From NCBI GenBank assembly GCA_951406725.2, contig OX597822.1, forward strand, positions 7,812,001 to 7,876,000: a stretch of DNA of 64,000 bases. Reading direction: 5' to 3'. Below, piece after piece: positions 13,440 to 26,706 of this stretch (position 1 is the stretch's first letter; every line of letters starts with the position of its first letter). The DNA is from Octopus vulgaris (Eukaryota). The notes below the pieces were generated by a model that was not told the origin of the DNA, did not search any database, and worked only from the letters and a program-made list of their open reading frames with translations. The position numbers and the translations under genes were made by a program.

Positions 13440-15170
13440 GAGAATTTAATGTACGCTACAATAATTTGACGTTTTCTGATGGATCTGGAGAATTGTCGTA
13501 ATATCTGTGACAATTGTGACAAGGATGAGGCATAACTCAACGTCTCAATCAGTTACGTAATTCGATTATGTGCAACAACCAAGGTGGATTTCCAGAAAAT
13601 GCAATAGAATGAAAATGCATCGAATGTCTCCGAAAGAGAATCGAATTTTGGTGTCTCTTTTACTGTATCGTGACTGTTTCAATGAAAGTACATTACAGTA
13701 GAATGGCTCCTCCAAGTACACTCATGATTCAATTTAGCCTTGTATTGATGAATCCATAGACATGCCGTTTCTAGGAAATGCAATTTACTGGAAGTTGTGT
13801 TTGTCTTCCCATTCGATCATGCTTTGGCTACAATACAATTGCTGTTATCATGTATAATGGCTGGGAAGCTGTTTGAAGTGGAGTCTAGGCTGATATGAGG
13901 ACAAAATTATATTTTTCTAACAATGAATATTCTTTTAGCATTAATTTCGAAATTATTTTATAGACGTTTTTGGGAAATGATTTTTATCTAAGATTGGGGG
14001 AAAGGATTTACTACAAAAATCTAAAATATCTCATTATTTATTTCTTGCCATGATTAATATATTTTGGGTTGGGCTTTACATTAGTTATCAGGTAAATTAA
14101 TTGCTCAGTATCATGACTACAACAGGTAAATCCATTTGCAGTGTTTGTTATGAAGAATGTATATGACTCATTTATTTTATTCTGCACAGTCTAGATTAGA
14201 GATCAAGCAATTGGTTCAAAAATTATTTTATATCTTCAGAATAATTTCACTAGTAAGGACATTCTCTAAATTTAACAATTTCCAGTAATTACTAATTGTA
14301 TCACCTTTTGAAATATTTCCTTCTCAGATGTTCCACTTCAATATTTAGATTTTTCTGTCAAACAATATCGTCTCTCATGATTATCATCGATATCGGGCTT
14401 AATGCCTGATTGAATTTCTTTACTTGTAAACGACATTCGACTGACACTTTTATAAATAAGTTGATAGAATATGAGGTCATGTTCTGTCAATCTATTACAT
14501 TCATCAATAACTTCATCAGCTCCAATTATAATGCACCATCATTTTCGTGTGGCTTCGAAGCTTGAATAAACTTTTGTGTGCCATAGATAACATTATTCAT
14601 CATTGTAGAAGTAAATGACAATATCATTTGTACATGTCCAAATGAAATTTTGCGATCTGTGATGAATTCAAAATTTCTTTCAAATAGAAACTCATTAAAT
14701 TTATGAAGATTGAATATTGAAAGAATCCCTTCTTTAGATATTTGTGAAATATCCATACAGTAAATTAGATTCGGCAGAAACGGAAATCCAACTCCTCGTT
14801 TTATTGTAAACCCTCCAATAATAATGGACAATACATCTCCTGCTAAATTTAGCGAACATATTTCATTATAATACATGAGCTCTGTATATCCAGTAACTTG
14901 ATTCAATTTATTATACATTCTTGAAGCTATTCTTATATCAGGAATTATAAATTCATTCTGGTTAAATTGTACATCAGTTCTGTAAGGGTCATAATATCAT
15001 TAATGAACGTGATATAGTACATGGATTTCTCATCTAAATGAAGTATCATTCACATTGTTTACATTCGTTTATTTTTGAGACAAAATCAACATTTCTGTGG
15101 TAATCTTTATGAAATAAAGAAATACCATTCACTGTATATGCAATGCAGAAATACAGAAATAACATTCAAA
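13440..15170 (-). pseudogene. Decayed LRR/TLR-like relic 2
   Basis: LPQKC near the start; FLPNLIYCMDIS in ORF 14526..14918; NQLLDL*SRLCRIK; TM-like SVLGGAILL; juxtamembrane GDIRC (~13620); DNA paralogy with 17405-17480. Confidence 0.5.
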
Positions 15171-15176
15171 GACATA

Positions 15177-15974
15177 TTGGGTTGGCAACTACGTTACCGC
15201 CGTGTTTTTAAATTTCGTAATTTATTGCGATTATAAATTTTAGAATCTATGTTTTTCGAGAATTTTAATTTTGAATCATTTTGAAATGAATTTTGTTGGG
15301 TTTTTTTTTTCTAGTTAATCTTAGTTAATTTTTGTACATTTTCAGATCATTAAAATGTCAAGATAAGAAAAACGCGCATTTTCGACACCCTCGTCTTTTT
15401 GCTTTTAAGCAAGGTTCTGAAGCCGCAAAATCTGCTCGCGACATTTGTGCTGTGTATGGAGAGGGTGCCATAGCTGAAAGAACCGCACGTGATTGGTATG
15501 GTAAGTTATAAAATGCAAATTTTGACCTCAAAGGCGCATCGCGTTCTTGCCGTCCAGTTGAGTTAGATGAAGAGAGATTAAACCAACTTTTGCGTGAAAA
15601 TTATCGTGAAACGACAACGGAACTGGCACAGAAAATGGAATGCTCCCATACTGCTATAGAGAAGCATCTTCACTCGATAGGAAAGGTTCAGAAGTATGGA
15701 GCATGGGTTCCGCATGCTTTAAGCTACAACAACAAAAATCAATGAGCTACAGTCTCGCTGGTTGCTTGCTCGTCATCGCTCAACTCATGGACACAAGCAA
15801 TGATTTCTTTACAGAATCGTAACTGGCGACGGAAAATGGTACCTGTACATCAATATGAAGCAGCGTAAGGAATGGGTTATCCCCGGTAAACAAGCGACAC
15901 CGCGCGTGGTGGGACTGATAAGAAATTCTGATAAGAATTGAAGAAAAACGACAGGAACTTAATTGCCAACCTAA
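15177..15974 (+). mobile_element. Mariner transposon, internally deleted, both TIRs present
   Basis: TIRs ttgggttggcaacta / taattgccaacctaa flanked by TA; transposase HFRH..LFAF..G..AA..ARDICAVYGEGAIAERTARDWY, WVPHAL, RIVTGDGKW; C-terminal catalytic part missing. Confidence 0.93.
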
Positions 15975-16064
15975 TATATCTATATCTTTGAATGCTATTT
16001 CTGTATTTCATAATGATTACCGAAAAAAATGTTGATTCTGTCTGAAATATATATATATATATAT

Positions 16065-16193
16065 ATTTATTATATAGAAGGAGCTTCTACAGGACTAGTA
16101 CTGTTTCATTCAAGAGAAATCTTCAGGAAGCCTGAAGATTTCTCTTGAATGAAACAGTACTAGTCCTGTAGAAGCTCCTTCTATATAATAAAT
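16065..16193. repeat. Perfect inverted repeat (63-bp arms, 3-nt spacer) containing a hammerhead-like core
   Basis: Arms 16065-16127 and 16131-16193; CTGAAGA tttctcttgaat GAAAC agtacta GTC. Confidence 0.93.
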
Positions 16194-16260
16194 TAATTTT
16201 ACTCTGCTATGTATTGAGTACCTTACTTACTGTGGTTAACCCCGAATCAACCCGGGACCT

Positions 16261-16310
<50 letters not shown>

Positions 16311-16320
<10 letters not shown>

Positions 16321-16537
16321 TAAATTAGAGACAAAACCACTATTATGCAAATCAAACAAAGAAAGACTTAAGCCAATACATAAAATAATTTATATAAATT
16401 TAGAAATTTAACAATTATAATGTGGTTATTTATAATTGTTAAATTCTAAATTTATATAAATTATTTTATGTATTGACTTAAGTCTTTCTTTGTTTGATTT
16501 GCATAATAGTGGTTTTGTCTCTAATTTAATATAATAT
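16311..16537. repeat. Near-perfect inverted repeat (~105-bp arms) inside (TA)n
   Basis: taaattagagacaaaaccactattatgc... versus ...gcataatagtggttttgtctctaattta; about 1 mismatch and 1 indel. Confidence 0.92.
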
Positions 16538-16612
16538 AATATTTTACTATAAAATTGGATTCAATCCTAAATCTGATTTTTCCCTGTAAATTTGGATTTA
16601 TTCCCTAATATT

Positions 16613-16659
<47 letters not shown>

Positions 16660-18200
16660 AATGTAACAATACCAATGTAAACGACCCCCTTCCCGCAAAA
16701 TATGAATCTACTTACACTCTCAACATGAATGAAAGACAATTCAGTTTAACACGACTAAGGTATCAATAATTCAAAACGAAGCATAACAGATGTGTATTAT
16801 CATCATCAGCTTCCAAACGGACGCGACTATGGTATCGACACTTCGGCAGTACAATTCATATAAATTTGTAGAATAAAATATGGATTCATTACATCACTTT
16901 GGTTCCACAGAAACTTTTCTAGCAGACCCGCCTAGTTGACCCCATAGCAATCCAACACATAAGTGTATAATGCAGAGTTCTATGCAGTTGAAATGCAGGA
17001 TATCCTATCGATGAGATTGATTTATGAGTATATAAAACCATAGAAATTCAGGAAGTAGATGGGTGCATATATTTGTTTAAGCACTTGTCAGTTTTAGGGT
17101 CATGGCCGTTTCGCAGCCTCCATCTTATATCACCAAAAAGAGTTTGGAGAATATTCTATGAATACAAGCAATAGATAAGTCTTTTATATCGATTACATCG
17201 AGCAGAAGGGCAGCCTTAAAATAGCTGAATGATATACACTACGCGAGGGTTGGCCGGCAATCACCGTTTCTTACTTCGGTGATAATAACGTATTATGCTT
17301 TGTTGACTGGAGAAAGAAATTGTTTTGCGATATTTTGTTCTAGTCTATCAATTAGTACTTCACTTTTCAATTTGCAGTGTTTATTACGAAGAGTGCATAC
17401 GACTCATATATTTTATTCTGCACATTCTAGAGTAGAGATTAAGCAATTGGCTCAAAGATTATCTTATATCTGCAGAGGAGGTAATTGATTCAAGTATTTC
17501 ATAATAAAGGCTTAACACTCAGGAAAATAATTCTTTAGTTTTAGAATATAAATCGTTAATTTTATTTCATTATGCGACGAGTTAAATTATATACATTATT
17601 AACAATTTCAGTTTAAATATTCTGCATAAGACAGGTGATGTTGTTACGAGATTCATTTCCAAATTTTGCAAATTCCACATTCCACAATAATACATTCAAA
17701 ATTGCCACAAGACCTGAAATATTGAGGAAGACGGTAGTCAATTACATTGGCTACAGTAATTGACTGAGACTCCCCAGAATGCGAAAAGGTAAAGTCAATT
17801 TCAGCGGTATGGGATTTGCTGTGAAGTCAACTTCGGCGATATTGAGTATGCTGTGAAGTTTTTGTCCATGTTGCTAATGCATCTGCAACTCTGCCGTCTT
17901 TTAGGGCCGATAATAATAGCTATTATATTTTCTTGTTTATTTTTACTTTTATATGTTAATCTTAAATTCAAAACTATACACACAGTGTTTGGTGGTGAAT
18001 TTAAAATTTAAAATTTTAGATGTTTGAAACTTTTCTTTTATACCTTCAGTTCATGCATATCAGAAATTGGGAAACGCAACTATAACATTATGATTTTTTT
18101 ACCGAAAAATATAACTACATTCCAGTTTTATCGCCGTAGGTAAGACGAAAGATGATACCGTACGCAGTGTTTGGTGCTATTAAGCATTAAACACTGTAAC
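16660..18200 (-). pseudogene. Decayed TLR-like relic 3
   Basis: SQLLNLYSRMCRIKYM (LRR-like, ~17420); GDIRWRLR (17110-17133); TIR-like DTIVASVWK..I.I (~16820); paralogous to relic 2. Confidence 0.5.
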
Positions 18201-18539
18201 AATCCGTTAAACTACCCGTTCATTTACCAATCCGGGATCGTTATGTGTGATCATGCGTCTGTATATATATGTATGTAAGTATGTATCTATGTATCTACCT
18301 CTTTATTGGTCGAATTCAGTTTAATTCTTACTTCAGTGGCTTCATTTATTCTACGCTCAGTTCGTTAATTTAATCGAATGATAACAATGAATAGCAATAG
18401 AATATATCAAACTTTTATATCATATGCATTGCACATATTTGAAGAAATGCACAGCTGTGTTAAATTTAAATTTTCCTTGTATATTTTACTTCCTTCAGTG
18501 ATTAGACTGCAGTCAAACAAGGAATTATCTATAAGTCTT

Positions 18540-18820
18540 ATAATTACTCCATTGATATCATTTGTCGAACCGTTAAGTTACATATTAAACGACCCAACAC
18601 CAGTTGTCAAGCGGTTGGGAGGCAAACACAAACACACACATGCACATTTACATATAAATATAAATACGGTCGATCTTTTCTGGTTTCTCTCTAAAAACTG
18701 CTTCTCTAGGCCCGGACATATAGCAGAAGACTACTGGCCAAGGTTCCACGCTGTGCGACTTAACATGGATCTGTACGTTTAGGAAGAAAACTTCTTTCCA
18801 CTGAGCTACGACTTCGCCAC
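18540..18820 (-). mobile_element. Diverged SINE family B copy
   Basis: gtcgaaccgttaagtta...caacaccagttgtcaagcgg...tagcagaagac..gccaagg match family B. Confidence 0.7.
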
Positions 18821-19561
18821 ATTATATTTCTTAATATAAAGCGAAGATCACTTTTCTTTTGAATTGGAGAGAACATTTTATATAACCTTCCCATTCTTTA
18901 TTTCCGTGTATTTATATATACTTTCTATTCTAAAATTAGTAGCTGCAGCTGATTTACTATTTTCCATATATCTCACCGAAAATTCGGAAGTAGCAATAAT
19001 AACGTTAGCGGAGGTCGATGCATCACTACGTAGTTTTGGGGCTTCTTCAGCAATAGTAAATATCGCATCTTTTATACATCATCATATGTTGGTCATCTCT
19101 TGCGGAGCCATGTATGTTGCATATCCTGTTGAGTGTGTTATATTTCGAGGCATTAGACAATTGAAAATATTCGAACGAACATAATTTCAATTTCCTATCT
19201 CTTGCAAACGATTTCGTGTCAATGTCCTGACCATCATTTGAATAATTAGATTCCATTACACGGGAGCGAGAATTATCAAATGCAATGAGGTTATATTGGT
19301 ATTTCTTGAAATGATCGGGTAATATATCAACAATTATGTCATGAGAAATTGTTCTGTTTCTGCTGCATTCAATTTACGCCAATGGAGTTTAAAAACCAAT
19401 CCAGAACCGATTGTATTTCCGAAAACCATTATCGACAACGTTGTGCGCGTCAAACTTCCACCTGGTGCGTTTGATATATATTTCTCGATTGTTAGGTTTA
19501 CAGTAAGATTAGCCAAAACTATGAACGCTAGTTCTATACTTATTTATGCTACACAAAACAC

Positions 19562-19814
19562 CTACTCTTTTACTCTTTTACTTGTTTCAGTCATTTGACT
19601 GTGGCCATGCTGGAGCACCACCTTTAGTCGAGCAAATTGACAGTAGTACTTATTCTTTGTATGCCTAGTACTTATATCGGTCTCTTTTGCCGAACAACTA
19701 AGTTACGGGAACGTAAACACACCAGCATCGGTTGCCAAGCGATGCTGGGAGGGACAAACACAGACACGCAAGCATATACACACACATACACACACACATA
19801 CACACACACACATA

Positions 19815-19848
<34 letters not shown>

Positions 19849-20012
19849 CGACGGGCTTCTTTCAGTTTCCGTCTACGAAATACACTCACGAGTCTTTGGT
19901 CGACCCGAGGTTATAGTAGAAGACACCTGCCCAAGGTACCACGCAGTGGGACTGAACCCGGAACCATGTGGTTGGGAAGCAAGCTACTTACCACACAGCC
20001 ACTCCTACGCCT
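19562..20012 (-). mobile_element. SINE family B, full length
   Basis: High identity to 2394-2813. Confidence 0.92.
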
Positions 20013-20892
20013 ATCTATAATGCAATTTAGAAATATATTTTAGGCGGTTTTGTGCAATCGAGTATTGGTGATATTTTCTGGATATGGCGCTATCCTAATT
20101 CAAATTGAATGAATAACATAGTGTTATGCTTCAATTTGTGCAATATTACATCTTAGCTGTCCTAAGGATGCATTTGATATTCTACTGAAATTGCTCCCTT
20201 TAAATCTTTAATACATTTTCTGAGATTTCAAAATTTCCGCTGCGCATTCCAACAGTGTCAGGTTTGGCCAAAATCGTTTTCTGTCATATATTTAATTTTG
20301 TTTGATTCCTTGGTCTATGTTAAGATACTTGCTAGAAAAGACGAACTTGCCAGAAAGGTTGTTGAATATTATAGTTTGAAGTTCATCTAAACTAGTAAAC
20401 AAAATATTTATCTATCAGAACAAAAATTAGATGACAATTTTTTTTTATATATACGCTGAAGTCCACACATTTATAAGCAAACGGTTAGTACTTGATACTA
20501 TATGTTTTACTGAAAATATATTATACAAAATATTTTAGTGAAAATGTTTTACCTCACCTGTGAAGCTGAGCGTCGATTTAAAGAGCCTAAACATATACCA
20601 TAAGTTATCTAGTTATAGTCACCGCAGTACAAACTGTTCTTTGTAATGATAATATTGATATGCTACACAATGTGATGACATCTACTTAACTATATCTAAG
20701 AAGTAAAGCTTATGGTAAATGAAAATTTTATTTAAGCATGATTGTCACACTCAATTTTGCGTGGCAACATGGAAATAGTAATATTTGAAATTACATGATT
20801 TTAAATACAACAAATTAGGGTAATTTTTAGAAGTCAGTATATATAGTACTAATCCTCATGTGTAGTGTTCAATGAAGGGAATTTATAGAAAA

Positions 20893-21135
20893 GTAGCAGT
20901 TTCGCCCGGCGTTGCTCGGGTTTGTAAGGGAAATAACTATATAAGCATTTTTAGAGATGTAAAGTATAATAGCCATCTCAATATGGCTAACCACAAAAGG
21001 GGGTGTTACTGTAGCTTGTTACGTTCTGAGATTTAACAATACATTTTTAGAGAGTTACTTCCCTTATATAGTAGGGAAAAATGCATTAAAAATGGGAAAA
21101 AATGATGGTAACTTTTTTTTTAAATCGTAGACTCA
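20893..21135 (-). mobile_element. Helitron-like 3' fragment
   Basis: tagcagtttcgcccggcgttgctcgggtttgtaagggaaataacta nearly identical to 6041-6090. Confidence 0.75.
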
Positions 21136-24100
21136 TCTTTCAAGTTCAAACAACATTAAAGACAGCAGGCATTATTGTACTTCTCCAATCTTACAGTATG
21201 GGTTTCATTCAATAGTAGGTCACTTATAAGCATTTAATAGCGTGCTTCTTATATGATATTCAGATGTCAGAGAATGCATGTGTATATGTGTGTGCATGTT
21301 GTCGCGAGTGTGTGTGTGCGCATACATATGTGTGCGAGTATATCTACAGCTAAGTTAAAGTATATTTAAAATTATATATCTCTTTGGAAAATATTTTTTT
21401 TCTTATATTGTTGAACTCTCGGTATATTACGTTTAAGAGAAATTGCATTGCGTTTACCTACTGTGTTATAAAACCCTCTGTTTTCTTTCTTAACCTAACC
21501 CCGTGTCATACTTAATAAAACATACACTTATTATCTGCTTGAAAATTACATCTATTTTTCAATCATAGTGTAGATGGAATTCAAATTCTCCAGTGTATCT
21601 ATCCATTTTTTAAATATATTGTACTGTAATTTGAAGAAGATTTATCCGCCATTATTAACAGGTGAAGTACCTACCGGCACGTCTAGGCATTTGTAATGCC
21701 ATAACTGTTTTAGTGTATAATTCATTGTATTATTATCTGGCATGAATACTTTAGATTAATACCTAACATGAATAAATCTTTCATTTTATGTTTTGCGTTT
21801 TAACGAAGGTTATTCAGTTCGCTTTCAAATATTCGTCTTTGGCAATTTAACGCTATTCATGAATGCAACATTATTTGAATTGTAATTAAGAAACATTTGT
21901 CTATTCAATTCCATGTTGTTGCCACAAGAGTTTCATTTCAGTACTAAATAATGTGTTTGTAGTCTAATTATTTAGGTCTATTTCAGTTGCATTTTATGAC
22001 TTTGCATGCATCATTATTTAGCATTGGTCGAACGCTATTAGCACTCAAGTTTTTGTCAACCTCCGCTCCGTTGTTTACTACCTTTTACCTTATTACTATT
22101 TTACGCTTCAGTCCATAAATTCATAGTGGCATCAAAGCTGTTTGAAACAATATGGAATTATTTACACAGGTGATAGAATTATTTGAAATACAGAACACAT
22201 TCTTATTAGACCCTTACTAACTCCTTTAAAATGCTCATTAGGCAATGTAGTCTGGCCTATATTTTGTCAGACAACAGTGTGGAATGGTAATTATTTGAGT
22301 GGTATGCTAGCTCAGCATCGGGTTAAAGAGCATAATAAAAAAAAACAACATAAAAATTCTATTATAATAATTTTATCACAATATCATCACTATTTTTTGT
22401 CTAATTCACAGAAAATATTGAATGTGAAGATAACAGTGTTTTTCTCTCTTTCTCGTAGAACTTGGAATAAAAAGCACTATAGATACAAACAATGCAATTC
22501 ATATAAAACTTTTGCCTCCTGGCTACTGATAATGAAATCAATCATAGACATTCAAACATGATTCTTGCTACATTTTTTCACAACATCTTATTATTAATCT
22601 TCTTTATTTGTGGTTTTATGGTAAATGCGTTATATATTTAGGATTGCAATGTTTAGAACTAGATTCTTGAAGGTGGATAGATGCCACAATACTTAGCATC
22701 CACGACAAAATGTTCAGAAGCTTTTCTTCCGCTATTTTTTGATTTGAGTTCAAATTCAGCTCAGATACAATTTGCATTTCATCGTTTCAGGATCGATGAA
22801 AAAAATACCAGTCGAACACTGGAGTTGATGTAATCAAGTAGTCCTCTCCTCTGAAATTTCAGATCATATAGGGATATATATGATCATATCATATATATCC
22901 CTATATATATCCCTTCCCTATATCATATGCTGAGATAGGGAAGGATTATTACTAATTACTTTCGGGTGGTCAACTGGGAAATTTGTTCAGAGACCCGGAT
23001 AAAAAATGCAATGCGCACATTTTCCGGCTCTCTGCCATACACGGCAAGGTTAACTTTGCCTTTTATTCTGTAACAAGTTTCAAGTCTAGTACTAGGGTTG
23101 ATGCTGCTAATTATTCTTGTCTTACCTAAATTGCCTGACTTTTGCATAAGTAGAAAGCCATTATTGCTAATTTCATTTTTCTGCCATTGCTATTACGTTT
23201 CTATTATATATTCTTTTCTCTTCTTTGGGGCGATACAATGAATAGAAAGCAATTACAGGTACAAGTATAAACTGGCGAGAAGGCATATTCATCCACAACG
23301 TTCAGAACGGCATATTGTCATTTGCATCATATTCACTTCCACAAATCTCTTCAATATCGAAAGAAGTCACTGTGTGTTGATCATTAAAGTGGAAAATTAA
23401 TGAACGTAAGGAGTATTGTAAGGGTTCCTTTATCATTAAGAAAAACATATTCCAATTCAGTCCACATCCATCTTCATGCAGTCCATTGCTTTGGCTGAAA
23501 TGTGGTTATACCCTGTCGTGTAATAACAGCCTACGCATTGCTTTTATTTCGTCAGTTGATTTTCCAATCCCATAATTCGTATCGATATATATTGCTAAAT
23601 AGAGTGTGCAACAATATTGTTGCTAGTATCGTTGTACTCATTAAAGGGGAAAATGACGAAATAGTTTGTAAAGCCATGGATATCATGTTCCCGTTGCTAT
23701 ACATGCTGGTTCCTGTCAGACATTCTACTGCAAACTGCGACTGTCCGTTAACGCATTCCTCACTTCATGGAGGCAATGAATAAAAAAGGCATTTTTAATA
23801 ACGACAAAAGACCCAGTGGTTTTCATATGATGAATTATGTAATTGATTTCATTGTATGAGAGAAAATATGTAAAATACGAAAAGTGCACCAGCACCAAAA
23901 GTTTGATAAGCAATAATAGTCGAATGCAAAGCTTGATAGTAATATTTATATACCTGCTTCAGGCATATTAGGACCCGTAAGAAAGTCATTGGGTGCACAA
24001 TTTCACCGAGGAAATTTCTCGCTGTAGACAATAGGTATAAATGCATACACCTATTCGATTGCAGTACTCTGTCGACTGCACCATGTATTTCCAGGTTTGA

Positions 24101-24293
24101 ATTCCCAATTCTGGTAGACTTTGAAGTGTATAACTTTTACAACATGGTCATACTTTTATGTAGTTTTGTATATTTCTCTTCTATGTATTTTTCTCTGGAA
24201 TTTTAATTCGTATTTTTGATATGTCATTGTATGTTTTATTACCCCAAATTTTTTATTTAACAAATTTATTCCAAACTAGCACTATGACACGGC

Positions 24294-24412
<119 letters not shown>

Positions 24413-24439
24413 CTTACAGTTATGTTGAAACAGGTGATA

Positions 24440-25085
24440 CGGGAAAGTGCAGCATTGATGACAACTTAGATAGAATTTCACTTTTTATAAGAAAGGGATG
24501 GATCATATCTGAAACCAGCTCCAGGTGTTGTGAATAATTTGTACATGGTCTGTTTCTGAGAGCTATTGTACCTCCGTGTCATCTCTCGTGCTAAACTTTG
24601 TAATAATGATACAGCATTAAGTGCTGCTGCAGGATTCCTTTGAGGATTTTGGGGAAGTCCCATATCCCTTTTCTCTTGAGACCCCATTTGATGTGCTGCA
24701 GCATGAGTTTGCTGATCCTGAGAGCGTTTCATTTCTCTTCTGTTTTGATACTCCATTTGATGTGCTATTATTTGCCTTTGCTGATCTCGAGAAAGTCTCA
24801 TCTAACTTCTGTCGTAGAACTTCTGCAGGCGTGCTGCATCATGCCTTTGCTGATGTTGAAAAAGTCTCCGCTCTCTTTCTCTCTTCAGACTCTATTTGAT
24901 ATGCTGCAGCATGCGGTTGGTGATCTTTGGAGAGTGTCATGTCTCTTGTGTATTGAGACTCAAGCTGATGTTCTGCAGTATGCCTTCGCTAAATTTGAGA
25001 AAGTCTTATGTCCCTTATTTCTTGAGACTGTCGCCTTCTGTTTTCTGCTCTCCTCATTGCTTTGTAGGTGTTTTTAGAAACATTA
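24440..25085 (-). mobile_element. Helitron Rep/Hel N-terminal relic with ~63-bp (21-aa) tandem repeats
   Basis: About 7 units of ES.E.R..RL.Q.Q.RHAAA.Q followed by AGFRYDP, typical of Helitron N-termini; contains stops and frameshifts. Confidence 0.7.
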
Positions 25086-25685
25086 GATATTTTTCATTGG
25101 TAGTGTATTTTTTAAAAATATTTAAACAAAAGATTAAAGATTATAAACATACAAAATATATATATTAATCACTATTTTTGTAAGCAGTTGTTGTACGTAT
25201 GTAGTATGTCTATATTTTTGTATGTAGTGTAAATTAACCAAATATAAGCAAAATGTAAATACCTTGCAAACTTGTAACTTCTGCGATAATTATGAGCTGT
25301 TAATTGAAAAGTAGATGTCTTTTCATATAACATGAACCTGCCACGTAATCATTTTTTATCACGAGTTTCACCTCCAGCCGTTCCCGTCACATCTGTACAT
25401 ATGTATTTGTATGTATGTTGAATAACATACGTAACGGGCGCGCAAACACACATAAACTCAAACACATACACATTCATATACAAAACGCGACGATACATAC
25501 ACATACACTTGAATTACGAAATAGCTATTATTTATTCATCGTTTGTATTTGCTAACACATATATTCCAATACTGCCAGACATTTTTTGCTTCTATCAATA
25601 TTGGAATACATATGCTAGTACATACACACGATGAATAATTACTAGTTATCATAGTGTGAATATTTATTAAAGTACATATATATAT

Positions 25686-25742
<57 letters not shown>

Positions 25743-25938
25743 CACATACACATATATATATATATAAATATAGTATATATATAGGTATTATAATAAATAT
25801 GGTAATACTTTTCCCTTTTATTTCTCAAGATCTTTTGTTCCCCTCAGTATTATATTTCACCTCTCGTTCTGTCTTCAATACTTTTGGCGGCTCATAACAC
25901 CTCATATTATAATTAAACATTTATATATATTCTTTTCA

Positions 25939-26170
25939 GGCGGCGAGCTGGCAGACACGTTAGCACACCGGGAGAAATGCGTAGCCGTATTTCGTCTGCC
26001 GTTACGCTCTGAGTTCAAATTCCGCCGAGGTCGACTTTGCCTTTCATCCTTTCGGGGTCGATAAATTAAGTACCAGTTTCGCACTGGGGTCGATGTAATC
26101 GACTTAATTCCTTTGTCTGTCCTTGTTTGTCCCCTCTATGTTTAGCCCCTTGTGGGTAGTAAACAAATAT
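25939..26170 (+). mobile_element. SINE family A, full length
   Basis: Intact head and tail; TSD tatatattcttttca on both sides. Confidence 0.93.
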
Positions 26171-26635
26171 ATATATATTCTTTTCAAATTGATTGTGGTG
26201 TTTTAGTGAAATTTCTACGAGCAATCACATGAAACAGGCGTCCTGATAAGTTGTTGTTTACATTTAAATATTTCAAAATTAGTTATACAAGACCGGAAAA
26301 TATACGTTCAATCTCTGAATATACCCAACAAAATATGGTTTTTCACATCTAAATTCATTTGAATGATGACGATTCAAACATACAGTTGGATTGAAACATA
26401 TGTAGGATTTCTTTGGTTATACTTTGGTTGTTTTGTTCATTCAGTTTCTTTCTTCTTATATGTATCACTTTTTCATCCCATTACTTTTCCATTGTCGTAC
26501 AAATATTATTTTTTTTCTCGCCCTATTTTCTTTTACTAACTTTGTAATTTACCAAGCTGTTTAACGCCAGTTGATATCCGGATTGTTATTAACGATCCTT
26601 TACGAGGGAATTTCAGCCTCTATATTTGAATGGTG

Positions 26636-26706
<71 letters not shown>

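Larger units (their letters stand above)
18840..22600 (-). pseudogene. Decayed TLR-like relic 4 (best-ordered LRR-TM-TIR copy), split by Helitron and SINE
   Basis: TTLPNEHFKGV/ISNNSITCVNN (~22250-22156); SNKIKYMTENDF/PNLTLLE (~20300); TM TLSIMVFGNTIGSGLVFKLHWRK (~19445-19375); TIR-like KKYQYNLIAFDNS and RKLKLC (~19310-19180). Confidence 0.6.

Noticed and set aside
14526-14918. 130-aa ORF as an intact gene or PIF1 helicase (IGGFTI)
   Set aside because: No Walker A/B motifs, and flanked by stops and frameshifts; better explained as part of an LRR relic
19334-19516. GPCR TM3-like motif LTVNLTIEKYIS
   Set aside because: No further TM helices in order; flanking LRR and TIR-like motifs fit a TLR better
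22866-22906. Small palindrome atatagggatatatatgat...atcatatatatccctatat
   Set aside because: Short and low-complexity, at the tail of a decayed SINE; no functional support
25902-26084. Recurrent MRNWYLIYRPRKDERQ ORF family
   Set aside because: Antisense reading of SINE family A
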